Source: Rhizophagus irregularis
Taxonomy: Eukaryota
DNA: 64,000 nucleotides
Direction of reading: 5' to 3'
NCBI RefSeq assembly: GCF_026210795.1
Contig: NC_089432.1
Coordinates: forward strand, 3,162,001-3,226,000
Part shown: one piece after another, positions 1-12,912 of the stretch
Numbering within the stretch: the stretch's first letter is position 1
Layout: every line of letters starts with the position of its first letter
Position numbers and translations under genes: made by a program
The notes under the pieces: model-generated
Database searches by the model: none
What the model was told of the DNA's origin: nothing
What the model saw: only the letters and a program-made list of their open reading frames with translations

Positions 1-941
1 ACGCCATTCTCGTTCATTAATTTCATAACCAGATGGATATAAATCTAAAATAGCTTTCCGTAATTCTAAAATATCACTTTTCTGATTTAACCATTTATTA
101 AATAAATCATGCCATTTGACCTCACGTGAAATTCTTCTTTTCAAATGATATTTATAAAGATTTTCTAACACTCCCTCTAAAGTCCAGTCCAATACCGTGC
201 AAGAAGGAATTTGTGCTTGTTGAATACAAATTTGCGTATACGGATTTTCTAACCCAAAAATTTTTTTCCAGAATAATTTGAAAGTCTGCCAATACATAAC
301 CAAACTTCATTAGGATCAATAGCATTATACGTCTTTATCAAAGTATCATTAGTATATATTTGAACTACACACTCTTCATCTTCTATTTCTTGAATAAAAG
401 CTGATTTTATACCATTGTAATGGGATTGAAAGACGGATTTATATCCTTCTCCTGCATAATTCCATTCTGGTTTTTTTGATTTTCCCATTCCCAGCACAAT
501 TACGTTCAATTTTCCAAGACTAATCATATATGGACGAAATATAATATCATCAAGTAATTGTTGTATAATATTTGAATTGTCAAAACCCATAACTTGTGGA
601 CCAGGGAACTTTGCATTTGAACGAAAAACTTTTTCATAGCAGGTGTTAATAGCTTCTGTTGGTGAACTGCACACACCTGACCTATATTCTTCAGAAAAAC
701 ACAAAAATCCAGGAGAATTTGGATGTTGAGTATCTTTTACAACGGTAATTATGAAGTCACATTTTTTTAAAACTGTATGAGTTTTCATTCCTAAACGAAT
801 CGGAAGGAGAGGAGTATGCGTAGGATTCTTATTTATTGGTCGCGCAAGCCACCAGTTATGACAAAATGGACCAAAATGTAAATTTTCTACAATTTTGCCT
901 GGGGAAATAAGTGTTGTAATGTATTCTTTACTTTTACTCAT
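1..941 (-). CDS. Large uncharacterised ORF (5' part), probably transposon-associated; frameshift in a homopolymer near 257-267; runs off the window
   Basis: 230-aa ORF 941-249. A shifted frame continues openly to position 1 (LENPYTQICIQQAQIPSCT...EINEREWR). Intronless, and lies inside a putative Helitron-like insertion. Confidence 0.55.
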
Positions 942-2138
942 ATGTTTTGACTTTAAAAAAGAAGTTGGGTATGTAAAAAACGCGAGATTCTAAAAGACGC
1001 GAAATCGCATATGCGTATTATCCCCGGATTTTATATATGTCGATCACTACTTTATATACGGATCACGAATTAAATGTATTGGAATCTATTCATTTCATTT
1101 ATTATTATTCATTTTACTCGATAAATTATTAATTTAACTAAACCATTTGAATTAAAAACTTTATTCAAAAATCTGGTGGTTATTTAGAGAATTTCGGAAT
1201 TCGGATATGGATTTGGGTTATAATAATCTATTATTAAATCAACAATTTCTTCAAAAAGAATTGATATTTTTACATATTTTATAATTAATTAATTGATTTT
1301 TATGAGTTTGAAAATCAAAACTATTTATCCAGCGTTCAATTTAATTGAAAAAATCTTACTCATCTTTCTATCAACGTCGGTCAATTTTTCTATATCTGAT
1401 ATGTTATATTGATCTTTTTTAAAAAAAATAATAATTTTGTAAATATATTTAATATAATATTTTATTTTTTATTTAATAATAATAAAAATTAAAAGAAAAA
1501 GAAAAAAAATTTAAAAAAAATTTGGGGAAGAAAAAGAAATCAGTTTGAAAAAAAAGAAATTTCCGAAAAAAAAGGATCCGAAAAAAAAATAAGTACGAAA
1601 AAAAATTCCGAAAAAAAAGGACAATAATCAAATCCAAAAAGAGTGAAAAAAAATTAAACCTAAACAGAAAAACAATTTTTTCGGTTTGAAAGAAAAGGGA
1701 GAGAAAATTTTTTTCGGTTTAAAAAATTTTTTAAAATAAAAGGACTAATCAAAAAAAAAAATTCCGATAAGGTAAAATTTTGGATCGGATCGAATAGTTT
1801 TTGACCATAAGTAGATCAGGCGGATTTACCCCAGAATCGTTCTAAGTAAAATTCTATTCCCACGTGACCAGTGATGTTTAAAGGGGCGTGAAAATAATTT
1901 TTTCACCACAGAATACTTGAATACTTTATGAAAAAATGAAAACGGTGGAGTGTGACACGGGGTGACATTTTATGCAGGTCGCGTGGGGTGAAAAATTTTG
2001 GGCGACGCTGGGGAAGATGATCAGGCGGAGGCATGTCACGGGTTTTAATTATATGGCATGATATTTCAAGTTACACAATTAAAAATTATTTATATGGAGA
2101 CTAAATCCAAACGTCAGACAAATTTTTTGTTATATAGA
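1..2138 (-). mobile_element. Helitron-like element, 5' end at 2138
   Basis: Minus strand reads A|TCTATATAACAAAAAATTTGTC at 2139/2138. Homology to paralogous promoters (12240 A|TGCTAAGTCAAAAATTATTTACGAACAG) resumes at this AT site. No TSD or TIR. The 3' end is not in the window. Confidence 0.45.
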
Positions 2139-2222
2139 TGTTAAATTAAAAATTATTTACGAACAGTCTAACGTAGTAAGTTAAGTCATTGTTGTTCATC
2201 AATTTTTCTGCCACATGACATG

Positions 2223-2271
2223 ACACAAATTCATTTTTGGAAATGCCGGAACGTCAAATTTCTATAAATAG
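2223..2271 (+). promoter_or_regulatory. Conserved upstream block of the non-RD kinase-Sel1 copies, with TATA-like CTATAAATAG
   Basis: ACACAAATTCATTTTTGGAAATGCCGGAACG..CAAATTTCTATAAATAG recurs with variation near 12315, 24402, 33708, 37825 and 45659, roughly 70-140 nt upstream of each ATG. Confidence 0.55.
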
Positions 2272-2339
2272 TGAAAGATTTCTTTTTTTTTCTCAAGCTT
2301 TTTTAATTTCTGCAGAAAAACTTTACTATACTTAAAAAA

Positions 2340-4565
2340 ATGGCCAACAACCCTGAACTTAAAGTCATTAGTAAATCAAATGAGTGGATTAATTGGATTG
2401 AAGAATCAATTGTAAAAAAACAAATTAAATATTATGATCAAAAACTCTTTAATAATATTCAAGAAATTGGTTCCGGAAATTTTGGAAGAGTTTATCGTGC
2501 AAGTTGGAAAAATTCTCATTATTTTTTAGCATTAAAATCTTTCATAAATTTCGACACCATTGCTAAAGAAATTGTTAATGAAGTAAATATAATATTAATA
2601 TAAACATTTTTATCCTAATGATACACTAATGTACGCTAATTTATATTTTATTCATTTTTAGCTTAAACTTCAACGTGAAATTTATTTTCATGACAATATT
2701 ATTCGCTTTTATGGCATCACTACAGGTATTATAAATGTTTTAAGAATTTTATTTAATAAAAACGAAAAAAAATCTAAAGTATTTTTTACTTTTTAAAAAG
2801 AAATCCAAAGTGATAAATCGAAAAAATATTTGCTAGTGATGGAATATGCTGATAGTGGTACCCTACGAAATTATTTAAGTGAACGATTTGAAAATCTCAC
2901 CTGGAATGATAAATTAAATCTAGCGTTCCAATTAGCTGATGCGATATCTTATTTACATAATAAAGGAATCACGCATCATGATTTGGTAGGTTATTTATAA
3001 TACTTATTTACGATTTAATACCTTACATTGTAAGATTATATACTCATATACTCAATATAATAATTAATTTTATTTATTATATTTGATAATAGCATTCAAA
3101 AAATATTTTAGTTCATAAGAATATAATCAAATTGGCTGACTTTGGATTGTCAAAAAGGATTAAAGGATTGCTTAATTTCCAATCAAATCTATGTGAAATG
3201 GTCGCTTATGTTGATCCACAAATTTTCAGCAACTCAATACAAGTGGTATATTCATTAAATAAAAAAAGTGACGTTTACAGTATTGGCATACTCTTATGGG
3301 AAATTTCTAGTGGCAAACCACCCTTTTGTAATGAACCACATGATTTCAGTTTGGCTATAGAAATATTACAGGGTCTCAGAGAGAAACCTATTACTAACAC
3401 ACCTGAAGATTATGTGAAAATATATACTGGTAAATTTAAATTATAATCTACTAATATAATATTGATTAATTTTAAGCTTATTTTATATTTAGATTGCTGG
3501 AACAATGACCCGAATGATCGTCCAACTATCAACCAGGTTGTAGAAAAATTAAATGCAATTATTCTAAAAGAAGACATCCAAGTACCAAATAAACAACAGA
3601 ATGTCTTGAAATTTCATGAAAATATTGTTAATAATTCATCATATGGGAAAATGTCTCAAATTATTCAAAATTTTAGTAAAATAATTATAAAAGAAATCGA
3701 ACCTTCAATTTCATCAAATCTAATTATGAATGACTTTGGAATAATTATTACTGAAATTATTTTCCTTCTTGAAAATATAGAATCAGAAAGGAAAAAACAT
3801 GAAGTTATTAATTATCTTAATGATTATAATTTAACTTCGCAAGAAATTTATAATTGGTTATTAAGTAATCAGGATAATTCAAATTCTGTTTTTTTACTTG
3901 GAGTATTTAATCATGTTGGAATTGAAATTAATGTTGATGAACAAAAAGCATTCGAATTATATCAAAAAGCAGCAAATACAGGAAATTCATCTGGAATAAT
4001 TAGTTTAGGATATTGTTATCATTATGGAATTGGTACTAGTATTGATAATCTAAAAGCATTTGAACTGTACCAAGAGGCTGCGAATTTAGGAAATTCACGT
4101 GGAATATATAATTTGGGAGTTTGTTATAATAATGGAATTGGAACTATTATTAATAATAAAAAGGCGTTTGAACTATTTCAAGAATCTGCAAATTTAGGAA
4201 ATCCACTTGGAATATCCAGTTTAGGATATTGTTATGGTAATGGGATTGGAACCAGTATTAACAATCAAAAGGCATTTGAGTTATATCAAATGGCAGCAAA
4301 TTCAGGAAATATACTTGGAATAACTAGTTTAGCATATTGTTATGAAAAAGGGATTGAAACCAATGTTAATATACAAAAAGCTTTTGAATTGTATCAAATA
4401 GCTGCAAATTTTGGAGGTATTTTTGCTCAATATTGCCTTGCTTTCATGTATGAAAGTGGAAAAGGAGTTAAAAAGGATACAAATCAAGCAATTTATTGGT
4501 ATAAAAAATGTGCTGAACAAGGAGATTTGGATGCTCAAGATAAATTAATTGCTTTAATAGGTTAA
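2340..4565 (+). CDS. Kinase-Sel1 copy 1: TKL-type protein kinase (non-RD, HHDLHSKN) + 6 Sel1-like repeats, ~633 aa
   Basis: Exons 2340-2582, 2662-2725, 2801-2985, 3093-3429, 3493-4565 with GT-AG introns give one open frame. Motifs GSGNFG, ALK, NE, HHD, DFG and DVYSIG, followed by 36-aa Sel1 repeats (LGYCY..GIG...KAFELYQKAA). Confidence 0.9.
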
Positions 4566-5333
4566 AAGTATTGAGTAAGAAATTATTACAGTATGTAATA
4601 TTAGCTTTACAAAATTCATTTAACAACAATTATCATATTAATTAGCGAGCAATAAAGTAACAATTAAATAAAAAATACGAAGTTTTACTTAACAATAGTA
4701 TTTTATGAAATCCAAGCCTTTTAAAATGAAATATGTGATACTGACATTGTAACAACTAACATTATTCAACCTTCGCTTTTCTGTTAAACAGAGAGGCAAA
4801 TGGAAAAACATAGTATTGCTTTTATTTGGTTATACTGTATACAGTGTAAAGATAATTACTTTATAAAAATAATTTCATTTATTGTAGTTGCGAAAGGAAT
4901 TTTAGATAATGTCTACTATTAGTAAGTTATTAACGCTAAATTTTACTTTTAACATCAGTTTATCAAGTTTATGTTAGTATGTGAAATTACTTCTGAATTC
5001 GGGACTACTGCTAATAGATAAGTATTTAGGACCAAGATTCGATTCTTGAGCTAAGAAAATTAATTCTATAAATAAATCGCGTCAGTTGTATATTCATTCA
5101 TTTATTTGTTGTATTGGAAAAAATAAAGGTAGTAGGTACAGTACAAATGAACATATGACAAGTATATATACTGTATATATACGTATTTTCTCTATTATCA
5201 AGAATGGGTTACGGTACATTTCGCCGAAGCCATTTCGCCGAAGGGATATTTCACCGAAAGGAAGTTTCGCCAAAAATGGTAGCGATTAATATTTTTAATA
5301 AAAAACCAGCGATAGGGTGGGTTACATTTTCGT

Positions 5334-5805
5334 TCAAGGTAAAACCACAGTAATTGCACAAGCATGGACCTCATATGAATTTTTTGGATCACTAGGTTGG
5401 TCTACAACAGCAACTTCAATACTATATGGCCCAAGAAGAGTAGGTGTCATGATATCATTTGCAGCAATAGTAAATTGTTCTCCTGCTTTAAGTGATTGGT
5501 TTAAAGCCTGATAATAGATGTTGCCTAAAGGAGTTTTAGGAGATATACTGCTTCATCTTATTCAATTCTAAGGATGGTTTTTCCTATGGTTATATCATCT
5601 TTACTTAATTTACCGGAAACAGTAAAATTCGCAGAATTCTAAGAAACAGGAGGGTCAGATGGACTGTTACAGTGAGTAAGTCAACACCTTTCGCATCTTG
5701 ACATGCATCAAATTTTAGTTTCTTCTTTACGAAGTTGGTGTGGAACGACATTGATCATAGAAAATTTATCAAGTAAATGAAGACAAAAATAAAATTTCGG
5801 TTCAT
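5334..5805 (-). pseudogene. Secreted ML-domain-like (MD-2/NPC2-related lipid-binding) gene, frameshifted
   Basis: Shifted frames give MNRNFIFVFI..SMINVVPHQLRK, NFTVSGKLSKDDIT, KAGEQFTIAANDIMTP and YSIEVAVVD...VHACAITVVLP*. Signal-peptide-like start. Family assignment is by recognition, not by search. Confidence 0.6.
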
Positions 5806-7174
5806 CTTGAAAATATTTATTTGGAGGTATTTTTTTTTCATGAATATTATTAAATATCTCGTTATAATGTAATTGTTAATAGCTTGATTTCAGAGTTACT
5901 TCCTTTTTATGAAGAACAAAATACAGTATTCTAAGTTTCATTAAAAGATTTCATTTTTTTCTAAATTATTAAAATGGACGATTAATTTTAGATGATGACC
6001 GATCTACTTCATTTTACACAGCAGACCAACATGTGATTTTTAGCGCGGTGTAAATTTTTTGGGATTAATACCAAATATATTAAAATTATTATGAATTATA
6101 TTCCTAAAAGTATTTATCATACTTATAGTATCGAATGAATTATTTCGAAAAACTTTTGATATTGAAAATTTTTAAGCGTGACAAGTGTTTGATGATTATA
6201 ATTAAAATTTTACAATCATAACTTTAACATATTTTCTGGATATCATATTCCTAAAATGCGATCTTGTCATATTTTTAGTTTTTAGATTTCACAATTAAAC
6301 TAACCATAATTTTCAATTTGGATTTATTATTTCTTTTCTGTTCTCGAAAAAAATATTTTTTAAAAAAATAAAGGAAATCATAAGAAAACTAGTTAGTTTA
6401 ATATTTTACTCACCGGTATATAATTTCTACATATTAAATCTTCAAGCGTACCAGGAACAGATTAGTGAATCTTTTTTGGATCGACATAGGTAAATTTGAT
6501 CGTTCGTTGAATGACATGACAGAAACTAATGAATGATCTTTTACAATGAACGATAAACTTTTCGGATCCAATTTCTTGAATATTACTAAAATATTTGCAT
6601 TCAAACCCATTCGTTCGTATTTTCTGCTTTTTGCATTTTGATATTATTTATATCGTGGTTTTATAGTAAATGAACTTTTTTTTTCAAAAAAAATAAGTTG
6701 ATGAGTAAATACGTGCAAATCCTTCTTTTAAAAATTTAACACCAACGTAAATAACCACTTTAGACTTTATTTATTGCAAAGTATATTATGTGAAGTATAT
6801 TTGTATGATATTGTTAATTTTATTATTAATATACAGTATTAATAAAATTAAACGAAATATACTAAAAAAAAGTGACTATTTTCATATTTTCATTTAATTA
6901 TCTAAAATTGTTTTCATCATCAAATTAAATTTTATATTATTGCTTACATAAAATAACTAAGAATGATATTTATTTTCAAAACTCTTTACTAATATAATAA
7001 ATGGACGAAACAACAACTTTTGTATTTTAATGCAAATATCAGCTAGATCACAATATCACTCATGAAGTTATGTCAACAATTTTTTATCAAACTTTTAATT
7101 ATCAAATATTGCGCTCTTAATGGACAAGAAAAATATTTTTACTTATGTTTAATTTTTAAATACGTTCGAGAAAT

Positions 7175-9909
7175 TTATTTTTTAATTACTTAAAATACTT
7201 CATAATCATTCAGTTTACATTAAATTTCCCTATTGGCATACCATCAATTACTTCCAAATTTTTTACTATACCAAACACCAAGCTCGTTATGATTGTATTA
7301 TATAAATACCAACCACTATCAAATAATGGTGCATAATTCGGATTATTTCCTATAGAATTTTGATTTCCATTACTTTTGCATTTTCTATATCCCGGCTTCA
7401 CATCTGCAAAAAAATATTTAAAACTATCAAATGTGGACTTCCATAATCCACTTGAATTCCAATAAAGTGGATTATATCCGCCATTTGTTCTGAAATTTTA
7501 ATTTTTACAACAACTATAGTAGCTCCTTTATTATCACATTTAGCATGAAATTCTGCAGGTGTATTACTATCTCTACTAGCACGATAAAGTAAATTGAAAT
7601 TATAAGGAATATTCCTCACATTATTATAATGTAAATTTTCTTTCTTATCGATCCAACTAGCAAAAAAGCAAAATAACGATTTCTAATTAAAATTGAATCA
7701 TAAATAGGCTTTGTGCTTCTAGGAGGTTTAATTTCGTCAATATTTGGTTTTCTATTTCGTGCAATATTAAATTTCACCAATTCATCAGCTAAATCTTTTG
7801 GTAGTAATTCTTTTAAAGGATATATTTTATCAAGAAAATCATCAGATAAATATGATAAAATCTTATTATTGGAATAAAATCGTAATATCTTCATTGCTCC
7901 ATCTTGTGAAATCGAAGGATTTTTTGCAATTACCCCATTTTAATGAATTATTCAAATTTTAATTTCATCTAAAATCAAGTCATCTCACTTTAGAATAAAT
8001 TTCAATAAAGGCGCTTTTAAATTGATAAAATTATCAGAATTAAATAACATTTCAGGTTCTTCACAAATCTTCTCAAGACAATAATTTCATAAATCTGTGA
8101 ATGATTCGTGTTGATAAACTGTTTCGAAAATTTCAATAGGATTTTGTTGCAAAAATATATCTTGATGATTAATCAAGTATTCTCGAACATGATGGATTAA
8201 CGAATTGAAGTTAAGTTCATCTAATGCCATCAAAATATCTAATACTTCGGGGCCCAGCAATTTTGTTAAATCAATAAATAAATCAAAAATATATGTAAAT
8301 TAAATACACTAAACGAATTTGCCGAAACTGGTCGTTATACAACTAATACAATTAATGATTGGTATACAACGATTGTATTACGTACTCGTGTGGTAATTTC
8401 AAGTCATATGACTACATAACTACGTGATTACGTAACTATGTGATGCGTACTCATATGTAGTCGTAATCACAAGGGTGTTGTAATTGTAATAAATAAGTAA
8501 TTACCGTGTTGGAAGCCATATTAGTCAAATACGGTCACGGAAATATATACTCACAAACCTCTTTTTTTCTCAGTTAATAAAATAAATGTTATAAATATTT
8601 TCTTCAAACTAAAGTCTACCTGGATATTGTAGTTTCAAAATCTGAAATATATTTCACATCTGATAAACTATGTCTACTACAGCTACCGTGAGAAATTTAA
8701 TATTTTGAAAGAAAGAAACGCAAGCGTTAATAAACGTTTAAAGACTGAGGACGGTGAATACAAAAGAATTATACAAATAATAAAAGTCATCAACTGTGAT
8801 ACTGAAAACGTTCAAGATTTAAACGATTTAGACACTAACTACGGCCGAATATCAGAGATCAAAGTCAAGTCATAGACGATACTCATGAGCTTACTAAGAA
8901 AGTAATAGATTCGTTACACAGTAAAGAAATCTATTACCTGAGAGATTGGATCAAAAAATTTTTTACTCAAGTAAAAGGAAGGTATGACGTAGGTGGTTGG
9001 GCAAATTGGGCAAAATTATTAGGTGCTTTAGATAAAAAGTCGGCTTCTGGAAAGGTAAATTTCAGAAGCCAACAAAATGAATATATTGTGCAGTTGGAAA
9101 TTATTTTAGACGTAGTACAAATGACAGTCGACGTTTTCGAGCAGTTATATAACATGAAAAATGAAAGTAACGTTCAATTTCACGATAAGGCAAAGAATTT
9201 GGCGGAGGCAAGAAACCGATTTGAAAGCATGAAGTTTTCTGGCGAGATGGAAAAATATGAAGAACCGTTAAGGAAGCTTTTCAGGGCTTTGAAGATATGG
9301 TATCGTTGTTGATTAAGTACGCCGTAACAATATAAATGTTTTTAATTTACTGTAAAGGAGAATTATTTAGGAATTGTATAACATTACATTTAACATTAAG
9401 ACTTCTTGCATATGGTGTGGAAAGGTTAGAACAATAGCTGAATTTTCTCTCTTCTATTCTTGTTATTGTAGATATTTTATTATTTGTATTAGCAACTTAC
9501 ATTTAGCAAATAAGCATGTTCTCATATACGAAAATTTTATTAACTTGTGTTTTATGAATATGTAATATATGTAATGAATCCTCTGCAATAAAAAATACCA
9601 AAGATAGATAATATAATAATTTTCAAGTTATTGGTTTTACTAGCCCCTATTGCATAATTTTACGTTACCTTAAAATAATTTTAAATATTTGAGGAGAAAT
9701 ATTTGATTTTTCAAAATAAATTTTCCATCTTTTTTATTGGTCCATTCATTAGAGAACTCTATACAAAAATACTGCGATCTTGTACATAAAATATTCGAAT
9801 GAGCATGAAATTCTTTTATAACCAACGTAGATAATGACATCATATCCTTTTCAGTTGTAAGTAACCTTTTCAAGTCATTAGAAAGATCTTGAAAATATTC
9901 AAAAGACAT
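7175..9909 (-). pseudogene. BTB/POZ-BACK-TLDc gene, disrupted by frameshifts, stops and a ~1.3-kb insertion
   Basis: BTB start MSFEYFQDLSNDL...EFHAHSNILCTRSQYF at 9909, IDLTKLLGPEVLDILMALDEL near 8270, and TLDc FNLLYRASRD...FHAKCDNKGATIVVVKI near 7500-7600. Confidence 0.85.
8670..9312 (+). pseudogene. Degraded intronless gene of unknown family within an insertion (~8276-9576) that splits the BTB domain
   Basis: ATG at 8670 followed by coding-like helical fragments in shifting frames, ending in the 74-aa ORF 9088-9312. It separates FYCRG from IDLTK of the BTB gene. Confidence 0.4.
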
Positions 9910-10137
9910 ATTTTTATAACAAGAAAGTTTAAGGAAAACAATTAGTTTATGAAGTTCAAAGAATCTAAATAACTAAAAAAAATTCGGTGATGTTTAGATT
10001 ACCCTCTCGTATAAAAATTGCGCCTGATAATTTTTATATAAAAAAAACGATTTTAATTCTTTGAAAGATTAAAAGCTAATTACGTGTATATAAATATGAT
10101 GTACATATATATTGATATATTATTTACGTATGTTAAC

Positions 10138-10350
10138 TGAGACCCAGAAATATATAGTTTGAGTTTGCGTATTTTGAACTAAAAAAAATCATGAAAATCT
10201 TTCCTTTTTTAGATAATTTTTGATAATGCCGGTTAGAATTTTATTTCCTAATATAGTAACCGACTGACATTATCATAATTCCGGCCCTGAAAAAATGCGT
10301 AAAAAATTTTTTTCATCACCTGACCCCTATATATATATTTCTGGGTCCTG
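10138..10350. mobile_element. MITE of the CAGGACCCAGAAATATATA family (left end degenerate)
   Basis: GACCCAGAAATATATA at 10141 and TATATATTTCTGGGTCCTG ending at 10350; same TIR as 48496-49046. Confidence 0.7.
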
Positions 10351-11081
10351 GTTTTCCCACTAGATTTCCAGCAGTAATATGAATATTGACTAACGAAAAT
10401 AATTTTCGGATGAATGCGATCAGCCGCGGCAGATCATTACCTTTTTTTTTTATTTTTCTTTCGGTTCTTTTTTTTCAAACTGAAAAAAATTTATTTTTTT
10501 CTTGAATTCAACTTTTTTGTTTCAATACCGAAAAATTTTTTTTTTAATTATTTTTTTGTATAAATTTTTTTAATTGTTTTTTTTTTTTTTGGTTGTCTCA
10601 TCCTCTAACGCTAACATATGTTGTAGTAAATTTTTAATAGTAAAAATATTTAATTATATTGAGTGAAGTATTGTAATCCGAATGGCTTCTTAAGAAGTTG
10701 AGAATAACGTAAAAAAGATTAGATGATTTCCAAGAATCACTTCAATCATTTTTCATTCTTAACCTGTAGTTTTAATAGCTTCCTCCTCATTATCGCATTT
10801 TTTCGTGAAATATTCTTCTCATAAGTAAAGATTATTAATTTTTAATTTTAAGTCTTCTATTTGAGTAAATTTAAATAATGACTATAAAATACTAAAGTTA
10901 CTTTAATCTGAAAGCTATTGGATTTAAACAGAATTTTTAGTTTTAATACATAAATTATTATATTAGAATCTAGCGTATTAATAAAAATATCTTACACGCC
11001 ATTTTTTACTCTTTTGACTTTTTAATACAAATTAATATTCAAGTAAGATTATTTTAACTCCCTTAACTATTGTTCTACGAT

Positions 11082-11685
11082 GGTATCCGGACTTTCCGCC
11101 GAAGTCATTTCTCCGAAGGGATATTTCACCGAAGGGGTATTTCGCCGAAAGGACGTTTCGCCAAAATACAATTTCACCGAAACTCCATTTTACCGAATTC
11201 CATTTTCCGAAGTCATTTTACCAAATGGACATTTCGGACATTTTGCCTAATGGACATTTCGCCGAAAAATATTTATTTTCGTTTTTATACTAATAATTTT
11301 CTAGAAAAATGTTTGAATTAGCTGATTTTATTAAGTTTTTTTACTTACTTTTTCGCGAATAAATGTTTTTAGGAAAATAAAGTTATTAATTTATTACTTA
11401 ACAATTAATATCAGTTACTTGAATGTTAACGTGATAATATGCTGGAAAGAAAAAATCCCAAAATAATTTAATTTTATTTTCATTGCGTGATGAATATTTT
11501 ATAAAAATGTCAATCGCTGCCATTTTCAGTGAAACGTCCATTTGGCGAAATGGACGATTCGGTGAAATGGATTCGATAAAATGCACTTTCGGCGAAACAT
11601 TTCTTCGGTGAAATATCCCTTCGGCGAAATGGCTTCGGTGAAATGGGTTTCGGTGAAATGGATTTCGGTGAAAAGTCCGGATACC
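11082..11685. mobile_element. MULE-type MITE with arrays of TTTCGCCGAA subterminal repeats
   Basis: Perfect 14-bp TIR GGTATCCGGACTTT / AAAGTCCGGATACC. About 15-nt periodic TTTC(G/A)CCGAA repeats on the left arm and their complements on the right. Confidence 0.85.
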
Positions 11686-12404
11686 TCAAGAATGCATATG
11701 TCCGTCTATTTAAAAAAGTTTATAACAAAAGTTTAAGGGCCAAAGAAAGCGGCTTACTAGTATATAACTTTATATTAGAACAAAAATAAAACCGAAAAAA
11801 GATATTTTTATTATACAACGTTTCCGTAAGAGTAATACAAAATTACAAAATTGCAAAATTATACTTTGAGACGCAATTTTTCAATAAACCAACTTTCTGC
11901 TTATTTGGCATTTTTTCCTTTAATTTGTTATGTTTAAAAAAAATTTTCTCTTAAAAAAAAATGTATTCCAAGACTTCTGGGACTTTAAATTAGTCTTAAC
12001 AAAAATATTAATTGAGTTGGTAGATAAAGACGCCACCCAAATTGAATTCTGATTACTAACAACTTAACAATTTCTAAAGTGTATTAAGGATATATGTCGT
12101 ACAGTAATTAATTTAGAAAATAAGATTTTTATAGACTTGCATAAAAGAGAAATCTCACTTAAAATGATAAATTCGATATATAGAAGTTAATTTCATGGTA
12201 TTATATGTCTTATACAAAAAAAAAAAAATTCCGGACGCTATGCTAAGTCAAAAATTATTTACGAACAGGACATTGTTGCTCATTAAATTTTTTCTGCCAC
12301 ATGAGCATGATACTAATTCATTTTTTGAAATGCTAGAACGCCAATAGTATAAAATTATTAACTTTTTAACTTAATTTCAGCAGAAAAACTACTATACTTA
12401 AACA

Positions 12405-12912
12405 ATGTCCAACAATCCTGAACCGTGGTTTTATTTCCATGTTTTTCCGTGAATGTATCAATTTCATGGAATTTATAGTCTTAAATCATGGAACTTTTCA
12501 TCTCTCTAACACGAATATCCGTGAATGTATCATTTTCACGGAATTTTTATTACGAAAGCCACAGAGAAATAACGAAAATGTTCGGACAAAAATTTTTTAT
12601 AGGGTAGTATTCAATAAAAGCCGATCCGTTTTTTATATTCCATCTTTTTTCCCATAAAAGCTCATGTTTCCAGAATTACATTTTCCGTGAATGGATCCGT
12701 GAAAGGCTCATTTTACGGAGTTTTTATAGAAATAACGGATAAAATTTTTTATAGGGCAAATGAGTGGATTAATTGGATTGAAGAATCAATTGTAAAAAAA
12801 CAAATTAGATTCTGAAATTTGGAAAAGTTTATCATGCAAGTTGGAAAAATTATCATGACTTTTTAGTATTAAAATATTTTATAAATTTCGACATCACTGC
12901 TAAAGAAATTGA
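12405..12912 (+). pseudogene. Kinase-Sel1 copy 2, disrupted exon 1; remaining kinase exons missing
   Basis: ATGTCCAACAATCCTGAACC, then an insertion, then CAAATGAGTGGATTAATTGG...ACTGCTAAAGAAATTG with internal deletions. Unrelated DNA follows to ~13510. Confidence 0.85.
12425..12756. mobile_element. Tandem CCCT..AGGG-family MITE pieces inserted in exon 1 of copy 2
   Basis: 12425-12604 closely matches the MITE at 31825-32021. Two right ends TTTTTTATAGGG at 12604 and 12756. The left end and ~17 nt of exon are deleted. Confidence 0.8.

Larger units (their letters stand above)
5207..11685. mobile_element. Composite / Pack-MULE-like element with captured genes, 9-bp TSD TCAAGAATG
   Basis: TCAAGAATG at 5198-5206 and 11686-11694. 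Termini GGTTACGGTACATTTCGCCGAA and (reverse complement) GGTATCCGGACTTTTCACCGAA. Uninterrupted paralogous spacer seen at ~14900-14930 and ~36625-36652. Confidence 0.8.

Noticed and set aside
11082..11685. Periodic TTTCGCCGAA repeats resembling a CRISPR array, and ORFs such as 11070-11321, 5086-5289, 17903-18133 and 19552-19842
   Set aside because: The period is ~15 nt with no unique spacers, the repeats are inverted on two arms within TIRs, and the context is eukaryotic. The ORFs are translations of MITE repeats.
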